Under the pieces are notes generated by a model, which was not told the DNA's origin, ran no database searches, and saw only the letters and a list, made by a program, of their open reading frames with translations. Of a DNA stretch of 64,000 nt, positions 14,201 to 29,200 are shown piece after piece (within the stretch, counting starts at the first letter, position 1; every line of letters begins with the position of its first letter). The position numbers and the translations under genes were made by a program. This DNA comes from Phoronis australis (taxonomy: Eukaryota; Animalia; Phoronida), in assembly GCA_002633005.1 (NCBI GenBank), contig NMRA01000542.1, positions 1-64,000 of the forward strand. Reading direction: 5' to 3'.

Positions 14201-17200
14201 NNNNNNNNNNNNNNNNNNNNNNNNNNNNNNNNNNNNNNNNNNNNNNNNNNNNNNNNNNNNNNNNNNNNNNNNNNNNNNNNNNNNNNNNNNNNNNNNNNNN
14301 NNNNNNNNNNNNNNNNNNNNNNNNNNNNNNNNNNNNNNNNNNNNNNNNNNNNNNNNNNNNNNNNNNNNNNNNNNNNNNNNNNNNNNNNNNNNNNNNNNNN
14401 NNNNNNNNNNNNNNNNNNNNNNNNNNNNNNNNNNNNNNNNNNNNNNNNNNNNNNNNNNNNNNNNNNNNNNNNNNNNNNNNNNNNNNNNNNNNNNNNNNNN
14501 NNNNNNNNNNNNNNNNNNNNNNNNNNNNNNNNNNNNNNNNNNNNNNNNNNNNNNNNNNNNNNNNNNNNNNNNNNNNNNNNNNNNNNNNNNNNNNNNNNNN
14601 NNNNNNNNNNNNNNNNNNNNNNNNNNNNNNNNNNNNNTATTAAGGGAGTAGCACATTACTATTAAGGGAGTAGCACATTACTATTAAGGGAGTACCACAT
14701 TACTATTAAGGGAGTACCACATTACTATTAAGGGAGTACCACATTAGTAGAGCGTGTCAGGAAATCAACATCTGCCGTGATTTTTTTATCAGGAACACAA
14801 TATTGCAAATGTTCATAAATTAATGATTCTTTGAGCGGTTTGGCGGATAGAGGCGGATGCCAAAAATGGACTCAAAATAACAGAAAACCTGATAAGGGGG
14901 CACAGAATCTGTCGAATCTGTTTGAAATCAGGAATGTGTTGTTGTCACATCAGTAGAAACATTAACGTTAATAGCAGAATTTCATTAAAATCCATCCAGG
15001 AACAAGGCAGATACCAAGGCAAAGGTAAAAAATACAAGAGCAACGCGGAATGCTGAAATATGCCCACGAATGTACCGCAAATGGTGTGCTTCTAGGGATG
15101 TTTATTTGGAACATAAAAATGGCCACTAGATTGTGCAAAATATGTGGAATCCATCCCAAAAACTGGTATGTGTCATCAAAGCTATTTACCAAATTTCATA
15201 AAAATCCGTCACAGAATTTCTGAGAAACCAAGGAAAATGAAAAAATTAAATTGCCACTAGGGGGCTATAGGCGCAAGAAAAACATAATTGCCTATAAGAG
15301 GCGCCACAGTAGATGAAGTCATCGGAAAATCGTCAGACTTCCTCTTCACACTAGGTACATGCCAATTTCCACAACCATCCTTAGAGTGGCTTGGTTGACA
15401 GACGGCAGACGCCAAATAACAAGACTCGAAAAAATTAAAAATGGCCACTAGGTGGTGCAAAATACCTCGAATCTGTCCAAAAACCGGAGGATAGCGTTAA
15501 CTCACTAAAAAATGCCTATCTGCCAAATTTTATGGAAGTCCGTTGAGGACCTTTGAAGATACAGAGGTAAAATTAAAAAAACTAAAATTGCCACTAGGGG
15601 GCACACCGGTAGTCGGATCCATCTGAAAGTTGTCGTCCTTTGTTGTCACGTTCATATAATTACACTTGCTAAATTTAATAAAGATGCTGCAGAGGGTTTA
15701 GGACATATAGCGATGGTCGTAAAAAATGCCCCTAGAAGGCACCACAGTTGTCGAGGTCGTCGGAAAATCATCTTCAGTATTCCTCTTTAGATTAGGAAAA
15801 TACATGCCAATTTCCTCAATCATCCTTAAAGGGGCTTGGTTGACAGAGGGACAGACTTGAAAACATTAAACAAGCCCACGAATGCATCGCAAATGGTGTG
15901 CTTTTAGGGTGTTAAGTTGTGTCATAAAAACGGCCACTAATGTACAATCCATCCGAAAACGGGAACATGCCATTGCTTCTTTAATAGAAAGTTATACACC
16001 AATTTGTCTTAGAACTTCAGAAAAACAAAGGAAAACAGAATAAAATCAAATTGCCACTAGGGGGCACACTGTTCATTGGATCCACCTGAAAGTAGTCATA
16101 GTCTGTTGTTAGCTTTACATAAATATAGTAAATTACTTACTAGTTAAATTTAACAAAAATCCTACAGTGGGTTTATGAGATACAGATATGGGTGCGAAAC
16201 AAAACAAAACAAAACATCCACCAGGAGGCGCCACAGTAGTCAAAGTTGTCATCGTCAACCGTCCTCTTCACACTGAGATCATGTATGCCAATTTTCAAAA
16301 CCATCCATTTGGTTGATAGAGAGGTAGATGCCAAAAAAGACTCAAAAACAGAAAAAAATGGCCACTAGGTGGCGCAGAATACCTTCATTCCATTTGAAAA
16401 TGGGAGCATAGCATCATCTCACCAATAAATGCCCGTATTCAAAACATTATGAAAATCCGTTGAAGACCTTTGAAGCTACAGAGGTTAACGTAAAGATAAA
16501 ATTGCCACCAGGCAGCACACCAGAAGTCAGATCCATCTGAAAATTGTCGACGTCCGTTGTCAACATCATATAAACACAAAAACACAGTCACCCATCCACT
16601 ACATAGTAAAAACATACATGCCAATTTTCACAATTATCCTGAAAGTGGTTTAGCTGATAGAGGGGAGGATGCCAAAAAAACAAACTCAAAAACAGTAAAT
16701 ATGGCTACTGGGCAGGCCTTTATGCAGCGTAGTCCTGAGCGTCCAAATGGACGCCCTAGCACTAAATAAATCTGGATGCCCTGGCAAGGACCCCAATGTA
16801 TCATTTGGAGGCCCACTGTCAGTAAGAACCTTTCAAATTTGGACACACACATTGTAATGATTACTAGGAAGCCTCTGAAGGCTCAGAGTCAGGTGGCTCT
16901 TTTTAAAAAGCTGGAAGAAATATACAATGAATATACAAATTATACAATGTTGCTATGCTCAAACTTATCCACAACACCTTTCAAGCATTAACAGATTTTG
17001 TTTCTTCCACTGCTGGCTATGCTCCCAGTGGTCTTAGCTCCACAGATCATTACTATATATATATAGGGTTCGTACCTTAGTGCGACTCCATACTGCTGTT
17101 TCAGAGCTGCAACTGCATGATTTTCATCTTTTTCAAAAACCCCAAAAGTGAAATAAATGTCATTATTTTAATACAATATTGTGCCACAAGAATATGCCTA

Positions 17201-20200
17201 TTTAAATTTTTTGAGTTTGCGCCCATTTCATGGGTTTCAATGTGCGTTTTAAGGTTTAATATGGAACAGCTGAGTGACACCAGTGTTGCCAGAATATAAA
17301 TCACACAACATATGTGCATTTTTCTTGTTTTGTAACTACAGCTCTGATGATTCATTTTACAGAATATTAAAGCTAATTAAAATGATATGACAAACTTGAT
17401 AACATCAATTTGACTCGAGATCACCAAAAACATAGTGCACTCATGGCTTAACCAATATCTCTATTATATTTGTTTGGTAAGCTGCTTGGCTCTTTTCGTA
17501 AATTTAGATGTAAAAGTCTTGGTCTAGAGTTTGGTTTTAATAAAAAAGCTCACTACAGAAGGCTATTTTGTAAACTTAGATGTAAAAACCTTAGTCTATG
17601 CATTTTTTGTAAACAAACTCTGTGTGTGGGGGGAATTGCTGGGGGTGGGGCGTCGGAATCATGGATGCCCTGGAATATTGGGAATCCCATTTTAGTAAAT
17701 CCTGGATAAAGGCCTGCCACTACGTGGCGAAACCTAGGTCAAATTCAACGGAAAACAGAAAGATAGCGTCACTTCACTAACAATCTAAGCATGTACACCA
17801 CACATTGAGGACCTTTGAAGATAGAGAGGTAACCGTCCGTAAAAAATATCGTTGCCAAGTGGCACACCAGTAGTCAGATCTGTCCAAAAGGTGTTGTCCT
17901 CCGTTGTCATCATCATATAAATGCACTAAATTTAGTAAAGATCCTGCAAACTTTTTATAAGATATAGCAATAGGCACAAAAAAACTGCCACTAGGAGGCG
18001 CCACAGTATTCAAAGTCGTCGGAAAATCATCGTCAACCGTCCTCATACTAATTTTCACAATCATGCTTAGAGCGGATTGGGTGACAGAGGGGTGGACGCT
18101 AAAAACAGACTCGAAAACAGTAAAAATGATCACTAGGTGGCGCAAACTACATCGAATCGATTTGAAAACTGGACAATACCGTCGTCTCACTAAAAGATGC
18201 ATATATACTAAATTTTGTGAAATACGTCGAGAACCTTTGAGGTAAAAGTAAGAAACTAAAATTGTCACTAGGGGCATACCGGTAGTCTGACCGGTCTGAA
18301 AATTCGACCATGCCGTCCCATGCATGAAATGAACACGTGCAAAATTTCATGAACATATAAGTCAATCGGTTTTGGAGATAGAGCAGCAGACGCCAGACGG
18401 ACGCCGGACGGACGGACGGAGATGACAGCATAATGCGTTCACATATAAATATGTGGGCACATAAAACGGCCACTGGGTAGTGCAAAATGGCTTGAATTCA
18501 ACCGAAAAACCAGATGACAGCGTCCCTCACTCACAGATGCCTATCTGCCACATTTTATGATGACATTTGAAGATACGCAGGTAAACGAAAAAAAATGTAA
18601 CTAGGGGGCACACCGGTAGTCAGATTCGTCCAAAAGTCGTCATCCCCTGTTATCAACGTGATATAAATACCCAGCAAAATTCAATAAAGATCCTGAAGAG
18701 CATTTAGGAGATACAGCCATTGGCGCAAAAACAAACAAAACTGCCTACAGGAGGCGCCACAGTAGTCGAAGTCATCTAAAAATTACTGTCAGCCCCCTTC
18801 ACAGTAAGAACATAATACACGCCAATTTTTAAAATCATTCCAAGGGTGGTTTGGTTGATAGAAGGGCGGACACGAAAACAGTAAAAAATGGCCACTAGGT
18901 GGTGCAAAGTACCTCGAGTCCGTCCGAAAATGAAAAGATGGCATCATCTCAGTAATAGATGCCTAACTGCCAAATTTTATGAACATTCGTTGTAGACCTC
19001 CAAAGATACAGAGACAAGTGTAAAAAAATTAAATTGCCACTAGGGTACACACTGGCAGTTCGAGAGGTCCGAAATTCGTCGTCATCCGTCGTCAGCTTCA
19101 TGATACACATCTGCCAAATCTAATCAAGATGCTGTGAGGGATTTAGGAGCTACAACTGTGGACACCCAACACCCAGACAGAGATGACAGCAATATGCGAC
19201 CACGTAATATATAAATGAAAGCGCTCCGAGGAGCGAAACTTGGCGAAATTAACCAAAAAGATGACGATAAAGATGATGACGAAGATGACGAAGATGACGA
19301 TGATGGTGGCGAGGATGAACAAAAGAAGTAATAATAACATACACATGACGAACGTAGAAGTCCGAAATCAGTAAGAAAAAGGCTACAGTCTTGAGTGACA
19401 CTTGGCGAAATTAACGGAAAAGACAACGACGGAGATGATGCCGAAGATGATGACGATGATGACGAATATGATGATGGTGGTGGCGATGATGAGCAACATC
19501 ACAACATTCATATGACGTACTTAGATGACATAAATCAATAAGAAATAGGCTGCAGTCTAGTTCAATAGAAGATAAACCAACATCAATGCAGAGAGCGCTC
19601 AACAAAGGAACAGCGTTATCAAAAAATCTCAAATAACTCGAAAAGTAGACTTCCTAGCGAAAAATGGAAAACATCTTCTGAAAGCCCGTTCAAAATTCTA
19701 TCTAAACTGCCGGTATCGCCTAATTCCGTAAACTTTTCGAAAAAAATGAAATTTTGCGTTTTTTTAAAGAAATTCAAAGTCAAATAACTCGAAAACGGTA
19801 AGTCTGAGAAAAAAAATTGCTACAGGCCATTTGAAAGATTATACATCAAAGAATCCACATGCAAAAAATCACGTCTTTTTCTCTTCCCATTTAAAATCGC
19901 ACTCCAGCACGACTGAAAATGGGTCAACATGCGCCAGATCCGCCATCTTGAGCGTTTTTTTCGGCTTTGTATAATAGCATGTCATAAGAAACTAATACCT
20001 GTAAAAATTCGAAGGAATTTGTTTTATAATGCGCCCTCTACTGGAGAAAACGTTTTTAGGCCAAAATCGAGGTGCGCATGCGTGATCGCCGATATTTCCG
20101 CCATCTTTAACCGGAAGTAAACAATTTCCGGTATACTTGTAGCAAACTTCCAGTCCATTTACTGTGCCGATTCTTAGCCTTTTACATAAAAAATTGTAGC

Positions 20201-23200
20201 CTACAGAAGCATTTGAACCTTTAAATGAAAACATAATGGCCGCCACAGCCGCCATCTTGGATCCGATTTTGACGAAAAACAATAGGCTTCCAGTACTTCC
20301 GGAACTACGTGTTATGTGTAAATTTCGTGATGATCGGACGAAAATTGCAACCTGTATCGTGTGAACAAACAAACAAAAACAAAAACTTAGTGGAAGAGCA
20401 ACATACTTGGCGAAATTTAAATATGTGGGTGCATAAAAATTGCCACAATAAATCAAGCACACTTGCATTCTGATGCATCACAAAACCACCATCATCTGTT
20501 GCCAGCTTCATAGAAATACAATGACAAAATTTCACGGAGATCGGGCAAGCAGTTAAGGAAAAATGACAGTGGACATTGGATTAACAGACAGAGATGACAA
20601 TATGCACCCACATACCTATGCATGGAAACACAAAATGCCAATTCCTGGTTATCATGGAAACATGCAACAACAGTGTCATAAACAGACCAACAAATGAACT
20701 GCATCTTGGTTTTGGATTCACATCCATTTACCAAAGACAAATAATAACACAGACTGTCACCAGCATTTTGTTTACTCAAACGTAGTAAACTCAAACCTGA
20801 GAAGTGCACCTTTAGCTGGGCCTTTCTAGTGTTGTACAGAAACTAAATTTATTAAACACGAAAAATAACGTTCAAAGATAATCAAGAATCTGTATTTTTT
20901 AAAAGTAACAACAAAAACAGTTCTTTCATCTCAATTAAGCATTATTATACGTTTACCTATTGTATGAACTAAATCTAACCTTTGGTGACAACAATCTAAT
21001 GTTCATGACTATAATGTACATATTTCAAAGGTCTCTTGATATGCGTAATCAAGTTCTACTGAATACAGTTTTTCTACATTGTACACTTAATACTCTATAC
21101 AGACATCCAGATGAAGAAAATCAAAATGACAAAACATTCAACATAGGACAAAAAGTAAATTTTAAATGACACTTGGCGAAATTAACAGAAAAGACGACGA
21201 TAGAGATAATGGCAAAGATGACGAATATGACGACGATGGTGGCGATGATGAACAATTCAAGTAATGATAACATTCACAAGACGAACGTAGAGGCCAGACA
21301 TCAGTAAGTATAGGCTACAGTCTTGAGCGACCCTTGGCGAAATTAACTGAAAAGACGACGACGGACATGATGACTAAGATGATGAATACGATGACGATGG
21401 TGATGATGCTGCACAACATCATAACATTCATATGACGCACTTAGATGTCATAAATCAGTAAGAAATAGGCTACAGTCTCAGTCAGTAGAAGCTAAACCAA
21501 CATCAATGCAGTAAGAGCGCTCAACAAAGGAACAACGCTATCAGAAAATCTCGCATAATTCAAAAAGTAGACGTCCTAGCAAAAAATGGAAGATATCATC
21601 TGAAATCCCGTTCAAAGCTCTATATAAGTTGATATTATCACGCACTTCGTAAATTTTTCGAAAAAAATGAAATTTTACATTTTTTAAGAAATTCAAAGTC
21701 AAATATCTCGAAAACGGTAAGTCTGAGAAAAATTGTTACAGTTCATTTGAAAGAGTATACCTCAGAGAATCCACATGCAAAAATTCATGTCATTTCCTCC
21801 TCCCGTGTAAATGGCACCTCGGCACGACTAAAAATGGGTCAACATGCGCCAGATCCGCCATCTTGTAAGCAACTTCCGGATTTTTGGCTTTGTATAATAG
21901 CAAGTCATAACAAACCAACATCTGCAAATTCAAAAGAATTGGCCCTGTAATGCGCCCTCTACAGAAAACAGTTATTCCCAAAATCGATGTGCGCATGCGC
22001 GAGTGCCAAATATTTCCACCACTTTTAAATGGAAGTAAGCAATTTCTGGTACACATGTAGTGCACATCCGGTCCAAAAATTGTGCTGAGTTTCAGCCATG
22101 TACGTAAAAAATTGTAGCCTCCAGAAGCCTTTGAATCTTAAAATGAAAACAAAATGGCCACCACAGCCGCCATCTTGGATACGATGACGAAAACAATAGG
22201 CTTCTAGTACTTCCGAAATTCATGATCATCGGACGAAAATTGCGACCTGTATCATGCGAACAAACAAAAAAAACAAACTTGATGGAAGACCAACATACTT
22301 GGCGAAATAAATTTTGCCAAGTATGTTGGTCTTCCATGAAGTTGGCGAAATTTATTGGCGAATAAATTTCGCCAAGTAATAATGAAATGATGATGATGAT
22401 GATGATGAGGATAGCAATGATAGTAGTACAACAGCAATAATAATAAAAATATGTTTATGATATAATGGCCATCGCTCCTACATATTCCATAGACAGTCAG
22501 ACATTACTTCATCACTCAACAGAGCAAGCAGCTTTTTCACAATGGAATCATTGTTTTTGAAAACATGCAATTACGGTGTAGTCTTTTAGTCTCTAATGCA
22601 TCAATTGTCTTGAAGTTAACTATTCTTAGAAGTAAATAATTATGAACAAAGGAGTCTTGCAGTTCATACAATAGGCAATTGAATATGCAAGACTTGCAAA
22701 ATCAATTTGAACATGTCAGTTTACAAAAAAACTATTTACAACAATAAGGGTAAACATTTGTTTTGCATGAAAATGCAGTAATTATTTAAATAAAGGTATT
22801 TGATTTGCATTGCCCTTGTTCAATAAGAGATTAGAACATAGTCAAACAAAACAGATCAGAATACAGTGAGTTTTGCAAGGAACAGGTTGAGGAATGGCAT
22901 CACACCAGATACTGCCAATGAACTCTTTAACTGGTTCAACAAGCCAAGGTAAATAATTCTTAGAATTAAATACAATAATCTCTCTTGTCTCTTAACATTC
23001 TTTTTGTTGTTTTTGTATTCAAAATTACAAATGTGACTGCAGTCAATGATTATTCAATATCTTATATTGTTGTCTGCACATTCCATTTTCATTGTATTGT
23101 TACCATTATATTTCCTTTGTACTCACATGGAAAGCAATTAAATGTTATCACAAAAGAACTCACTCTCATTTTCAGTCTAAATCACTAACATACTGTTATT

Positions 23201-26200
23201 CATTTCCTTCACCAGGAATGGGCCAGTTGCCAAAAATTAGACTTGTCCGTGAAAAAAATCAGGACAAAAATTGGAGGTTCTGTTTAATAGCAGATGGACA
23301 AGACACCAGTATGGACATGGCGATGGTGGAGAGAAGACTGAACTCTATCTTGGAGAAGATAACCAAGGGAAAGGAAATATCACAAGAAGACCACGCACCA
23401 ACTCAATAAAGACATTCAATTGTTCTGCCGATCCAAAGGAGTTTCGGGACTTAGGAAAATGGTTTGAAACTTCACAGAGGAAATCGTTAAAGGAGCATTT
23501 TATCAAAGTTTGACTGTCAATACTAAATTCTTAACCAAAGCCCTATGGAGTTTTAAAAAAATTACCACGCTCAACCAATGCAAAACTGTTGCCGATAAGC
23601 AGTCATTTTCAAATTTACAATTTTAAATTTGAAGCGCTTTCTTGAGTCGATGAATAAATGGTTTTGATGTTCATTTTTGTTCTAAGCTAATTAAACAGGG
23701 CAAAGTGCAGCTTTAAGTTCTGGGAAAAATGTTTAAGTGTTTTGATATTTTGTTTAACATTCCAAACATGGTAAAGGACATTAGGCAAGCATGGTCCACA
23801 ATTCACAGCTAGGTTTAGTTACTATAAACCAGGCACATTGCAATTTGAATGGTTGGAGCGAAGAGAACTGAAAGGAAAAGGGAAGAATTGAGAAAATCTT
23901 GTTAAATCAATATGTCACTCATTAGATATTGACAGACAACCACTTCATCATTTTTGATAGACAGGTAATTTTTATTAAGTGTGTACTGTTCAGATCACCA
24001 TGGTAATGCCTAAGATCACCTGCTCACCATACAAAGAGGAGATCTTAATAAAGGTTTTATGCATTTCATCAATTAAAGCAACAAAAAACTAGCAAAAAAC
24101 ATTGGTTCACCTGGACAGAGGAGCAGGTGTGAAACTGCACTTCGGTAATAATTGATATTAAGTTGAGTAAATCTGTGAAACAATGTGTACAGAGTATCAG
24201 TTAGATTAATAGCATTTTCAAGAACAATTATTACATTATAAGGTATGAAATGATCAAACACTATTCCCTCAAAGACACTTGCAAGACTTAAAACAAGACA
24301 TAGTTCCGATAAATGCAGTTAGACCATGTTCAATGATTTAGTTAGCATATTATCCAATAGATGTCCCTACGGCTCCTAGTCAAGTAATACAAGTATTAAC
24401 TGTTCGCTAGTCTCTTTATAGACATTTCTGTGCTCACTAAATAACGCTTGACCACGTAACAGACCACACCCACCATAATTGTCGTTGTCAAGTCCCACAA
24501 GCTGAAAAGATAAATGTACCATATGTCCTTTGCAGGAGTACTAACAACCTTAACAAATTAGGTATTTTTTAGTTTTCTTCTCAGTATATTTAGTTTTATC
24601 TGTGATTAAAATTATGATTGAATTATGAATTTGCTTTATTTTTCCCTGGAGTGTTATTTTTAAGCCTTTTCGCAAGACACTGTGTTCTCATTGTTGTAAG
24701 TGCCCACACTTGAATCGCTGGAGTGCATGTTAATTTAGTAGGTAACTCATGTATACGCGCGTACTCAGCCTCAGAAGGAAGGACTTGAGAATTTCTGTGT
24801 TGTCATAGAAAACGAGACACAAATTGAAACAGGCTGTCACTTGATATCATTTCCCATTAAGTCACGATCGTCTCCCTGGACATTCCGTGCAAAAAGCGGC
24901 ACAGACCAGTGCCGCAGTGCGATATTGTTAGGGGTATTATAATAGGCTAATCAGAACATCTTGCATGAAAAATAAATGTTTTTCATCACAAAGTCGGTAA
25001 GTTGGTCATTAATGAGTGATTAACATCGCTGCGACATTTGATCATATATTGATGCCGTGGATCGAAAAATTTTTTGGCGTATCCAAAAATTTGCAAAACT
25101 AGCCGAAAACACTATCCAATGAAAGAGTGCTAGATGGTTTCCGAATTATTACCGCCAAGCGACAAAACGAGAAAATCTTATCGCTATTTCCACATTATTT
25201 TGCTGTCGCCAAACATGGCGATCTGAAAAACTACTTTTTGAGCTCCAATAATATAGCAAACCACAGATTCCAATTACGCAAATAGAATTGGAGCTTATTG
25301 ATTTGTGTCCTTTCATGAGAATACAAATTTTCATTCTACCCATCCAAAAAAGCATGACTTTGTACAAATTATTTTTTCCGACGCAAATATGTGTATGAAC
25401 TATTTTTACCTCGGACTGCTACTATACAAACTATAAAAGACAAATGCTGTGTTTCAAGGGCTGTGTATGAACTAATAGAGTGTACGAACTATTAGAGAGA
25501 ACACCGTAAACAACTTTGTGCCAATGTGGGTAAAAAACTGGCCAAATAAAATCTGAAAAAATTAGTGTCATTAAAAACTAAATGCTTCCTTGAGTAAATT
25601 AAATTATTTACAGGTGTTGAAAAAATTGGCATTCTACCATAACTGACTATTCTGTTGCTAAAGTTGTGGAGAGATCTTTTGCGTCAGCTTTCAGCGCCCT
25701 GAAATATTACCACACCTATTGGCCAGTTTCTTTTTCGCCGATTCTTCAATCAACTGTAGGTCTTCTTTAATAGTGTTATGTACATCTCACTATAAATTAT
25801 CAGAACTGGTTTCATTTCGTTATGTTTCTAGTAATACCAGCCAACCTAACCTCAGAAACTTGGCTGCCGCGAAGCTGCCACCAGGCAATGGTACGTAATT
25901 TCACGAGCGTGTTGTTTACAAAATGACAGCACACTTTTCTTTGTTACAAAAGGCGGAGAATCATGCAAGAAATGACATTTATTTGATTGCTTTTCACCCA
26001 AATGGCTGCAACGGGAAAGGTGAGTGTCATTTTACTCCCAGATTTTGCATGCACCCTGTCCCCTCCCCGCTGGTCGTTAACCCAATGTAAGTTTCACGAC
26101 GGGGTGATGAGCAGAATTCCCAGGCTGAGTAAAATGTCATGGGTCTAATGCAGCTCAATACACCTAGCTGTATTTTGATGATATCTTCATACAGCTTGCT

Positions 26201-29200
26201 GGCTGGTTAGTCTCTGTCATGCCCAACAAGCAGCAGAATTATTGCAGGAAATTGCACGTTGATGCGCTTGTTACTTTTTCAAACTGGCCTAACCAGTCTT
26301 CAAATATTCGCCCACAATTCCTACATCCATGTTTCCACTCCTGACATTGTCACCCACTTTCAAAACCATATGACAAATGTGTCCTGCACAAACTCCTAAT
26401 GCTCTATTTACTTTTTTTTAATCCTTGCAAACACGGCTCATTCACAGTTTCACTAACATACAACTGGACACATTTTTATTGGCGTTATCAACTGTCAAAT
26501 CTTCTACTGTCATTAGTCTATGACAAGATTAAGTGCTCTAGAAAGCTAGCTAATTCATACCACAAATTATGGCGAGAAAAACTACTTACACACGCAAGAC
26601 AATTTAATTGTATTAGAGAAACATTTTTATAGTGTCCAGTGGTGGTCTAGTCTTGATGTCTCAGAAGGTCACGTTGTCATCCACACTATAGATCCACATT
26701 GAAAATATACAGATAGAGGAAATGAAATGTTTGTGAGATGTTATAAAGGTACATTTCTCTCACTTCGTGCTTCTTTAAGATACTCGATAATAATCTATGG
26801 TGTATTCAGGTACTATATATTCATCTGATAATAATCTATGGTGTATCCAGGTACTATATATTCATCTGATAATAATCTATGGTGTATCCAGGTACTATAT
26901 ATTCATCTGAAGTTTACTACATGACTGTTTTAATCTGTGACATGCATTTGTCGTTTGCTCATTACACATCCTTGACTTGTACTCCAAGTATCCTGTGTGC
27001 ACAATGAACCATAATCCAAGTGTCCTGTGTGCACAATGAACCATAATCCAAGTGTCCTGTGTGCACAATGAACCATAATCCAAGTGTCCTGTGTGCACAA
27101 TGAACCATAATCCATTCCTTCAGAACCAACAGTCACCAAGGGAGAGACAGTCTCATCCATGAGTCGACTAACCTAGAACTGTCAAACCACAACAAATCCT
27201 GGAAATCGATGACATTTCATGAGCCTACTCAAAATAGTGCAGCAAAAAGACCATTAACGAGATGAAGCTGAGTTATCAAAAGCAGAAATGTTTGTATAAC
27301 TACGATTGCTTTTGGAGCTTGATATTACATGCCCTCCCTGATAGCAAGTAGTTCTGCAGCATAATTTTATGTTATTTAATAAAAATAACAACAGACTGAT
27401 TTAAACTGACTTGACATGTTTCAGCGTTAATTGTTTCTGTTTCTGTTTCTATGGTGACGTCAGAGGGTAGACACCGGGATAGTCTCTATCCCTCCTCCTT
27501 CCAGTATCGCACGCAATGTAAATTTGGAGATGCAACCAAGTTCGTGCTGGTTACACACTCTTCGATCTTTTCCCCTGATACGAGTTTTTGCTGCATCTCC
27601 GTATTGCCATCCTGGCTCTATGAGGCGCTTTGTTGCCAATCTCTCCTACTATTGTACGATCTTGTTTATTAAAACACCATCATCAGAAGAAAAAACAGTG
27701 GCCACCTTGCTAGGCCCAACAACAAGTATTGATACAGACACAGTCGGTGGGGCTATTCGACAATCTTTACATTCATTTACAAGAGGGTGCACATGTACTA
27801 GTGGGGACAGATTAAGCAGCCTCGATTTTGCGAGCTCTTTAATACATGGTGAAATGGCTTGCAGTCGTGTCTACTGAATCTGAGATTGGGTGAAAAGGGT
27901 GCTTCTACGAGAGGAAGTAAGCATGACCTTACAGAAAGGTAAGGTTTGTGATTATTTTAACAATTATTCCATGTTTACAATACTGATGCCTGTTAACTTA
28001 AGTACTGGTTGATGTTGACTTTGCGGCTGTCGCCAGACGGGTTAATCATTGTTTCTTGTGATGTATGTTACGATACTTGACATAGCACTCAGGATCTTTC
28101 CTTACATCAAAGCAGTTATGTGAAGGAAAGCTACGTGCCGAAACTGGATCTTTTTTACAGGTGCTTCTACAAGCCATTGAAACTGGATCATAGTGAAATG
28201 AAAACCAAAAGCATCTGGTATAAATACCTGAGTGTCCTTTCTCACTGAGTGACATTAACTTTTCCTTTCAGAAGAAATGCTTTATACTAATGGTAAAAAC
28301 TTTTCAATTTGGCACGCATTATGCGGTAATGACATTCAGTGACTGCATCGATTGTCTTTTTGTCAGTAAAAAGCCTGTTAATGTAACAGGTTATACACTT
28401 TGACAATCGAATAATTTTTCATTAACAGGCAAGTTTGCCACTAATTATTCAAACCACAATATTTTTTCAGTTTTAAAGTCCCATGCAGTGCAGTTGTGTT
28501 GCTTCTTTATAAAGCTGAAATGATTACCAATTCCGCTTGTGAATTTTCATTTTCCTGTTGACCTATAGAAATGTCCAGTGATCAAAATGATGTATTCCCT
28601 TTGATTGCATTTGATTCGTTTATGTGTGAAACTATTTTTAGGGCTCTCTTAAAAAGCAAACGATCGCCGCACTGGTCTATTTTGTATTCTACACAAAAGT
28701 TCTGGGCTCTCTCGCACCAAGATTAAGAATTTTGAAGCCATCTAAAACAGAGTGTGAACCGTTTCCACCCATCCCCAGTCTCTTTCATGGGTTGTTTGAC
28801 CCATGGCGTGTGGGCCCGCAGCAGAAATCGATCTAAATTCCGCATACGTACATAAAAAATAAATTAGTAGATGGCACTGCTATCGGGCCAGAGTGAACAA
28901 AGGACAAATAAAATTTCAACAGCAGTACCAGGGATGCAAGGGCCAAGATTATCCGGATGAACCACTTTTAAACTAATTTAAGCATAATTAGCATCGAAGA
29001 AGCCAACGCCCCAGTAGCCAGCTAATTGAACAGTCACTTGCACATGGTGGTGTTTTGCAGTTGGAATTACGTAGGCTCTACCTCTGTTAAATTGTGATCT
29101 GGCCTGACTGCTATGTTTTGGAACATTCCAAACTTTTTTTGATTGAATATACCCCAGTCGCATGAAGCTACAAATCTATAATTGTCAAATATTAAACGGC

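Noticed and set aside
13874-14656. Two 255-260 aa ORFs
   Set aside because: They are translations of the N gap.
17777-18485. 182-aa and 112-aa ORFs
   Set aside because: These are antisense read-throughs of family A subunits and are not open in the other copies.
19124-19632. Poly-Ser and poly-His ORFs
   Set aside because: These are translations of GAT/GAC triplet blocks within a repeated family B element.
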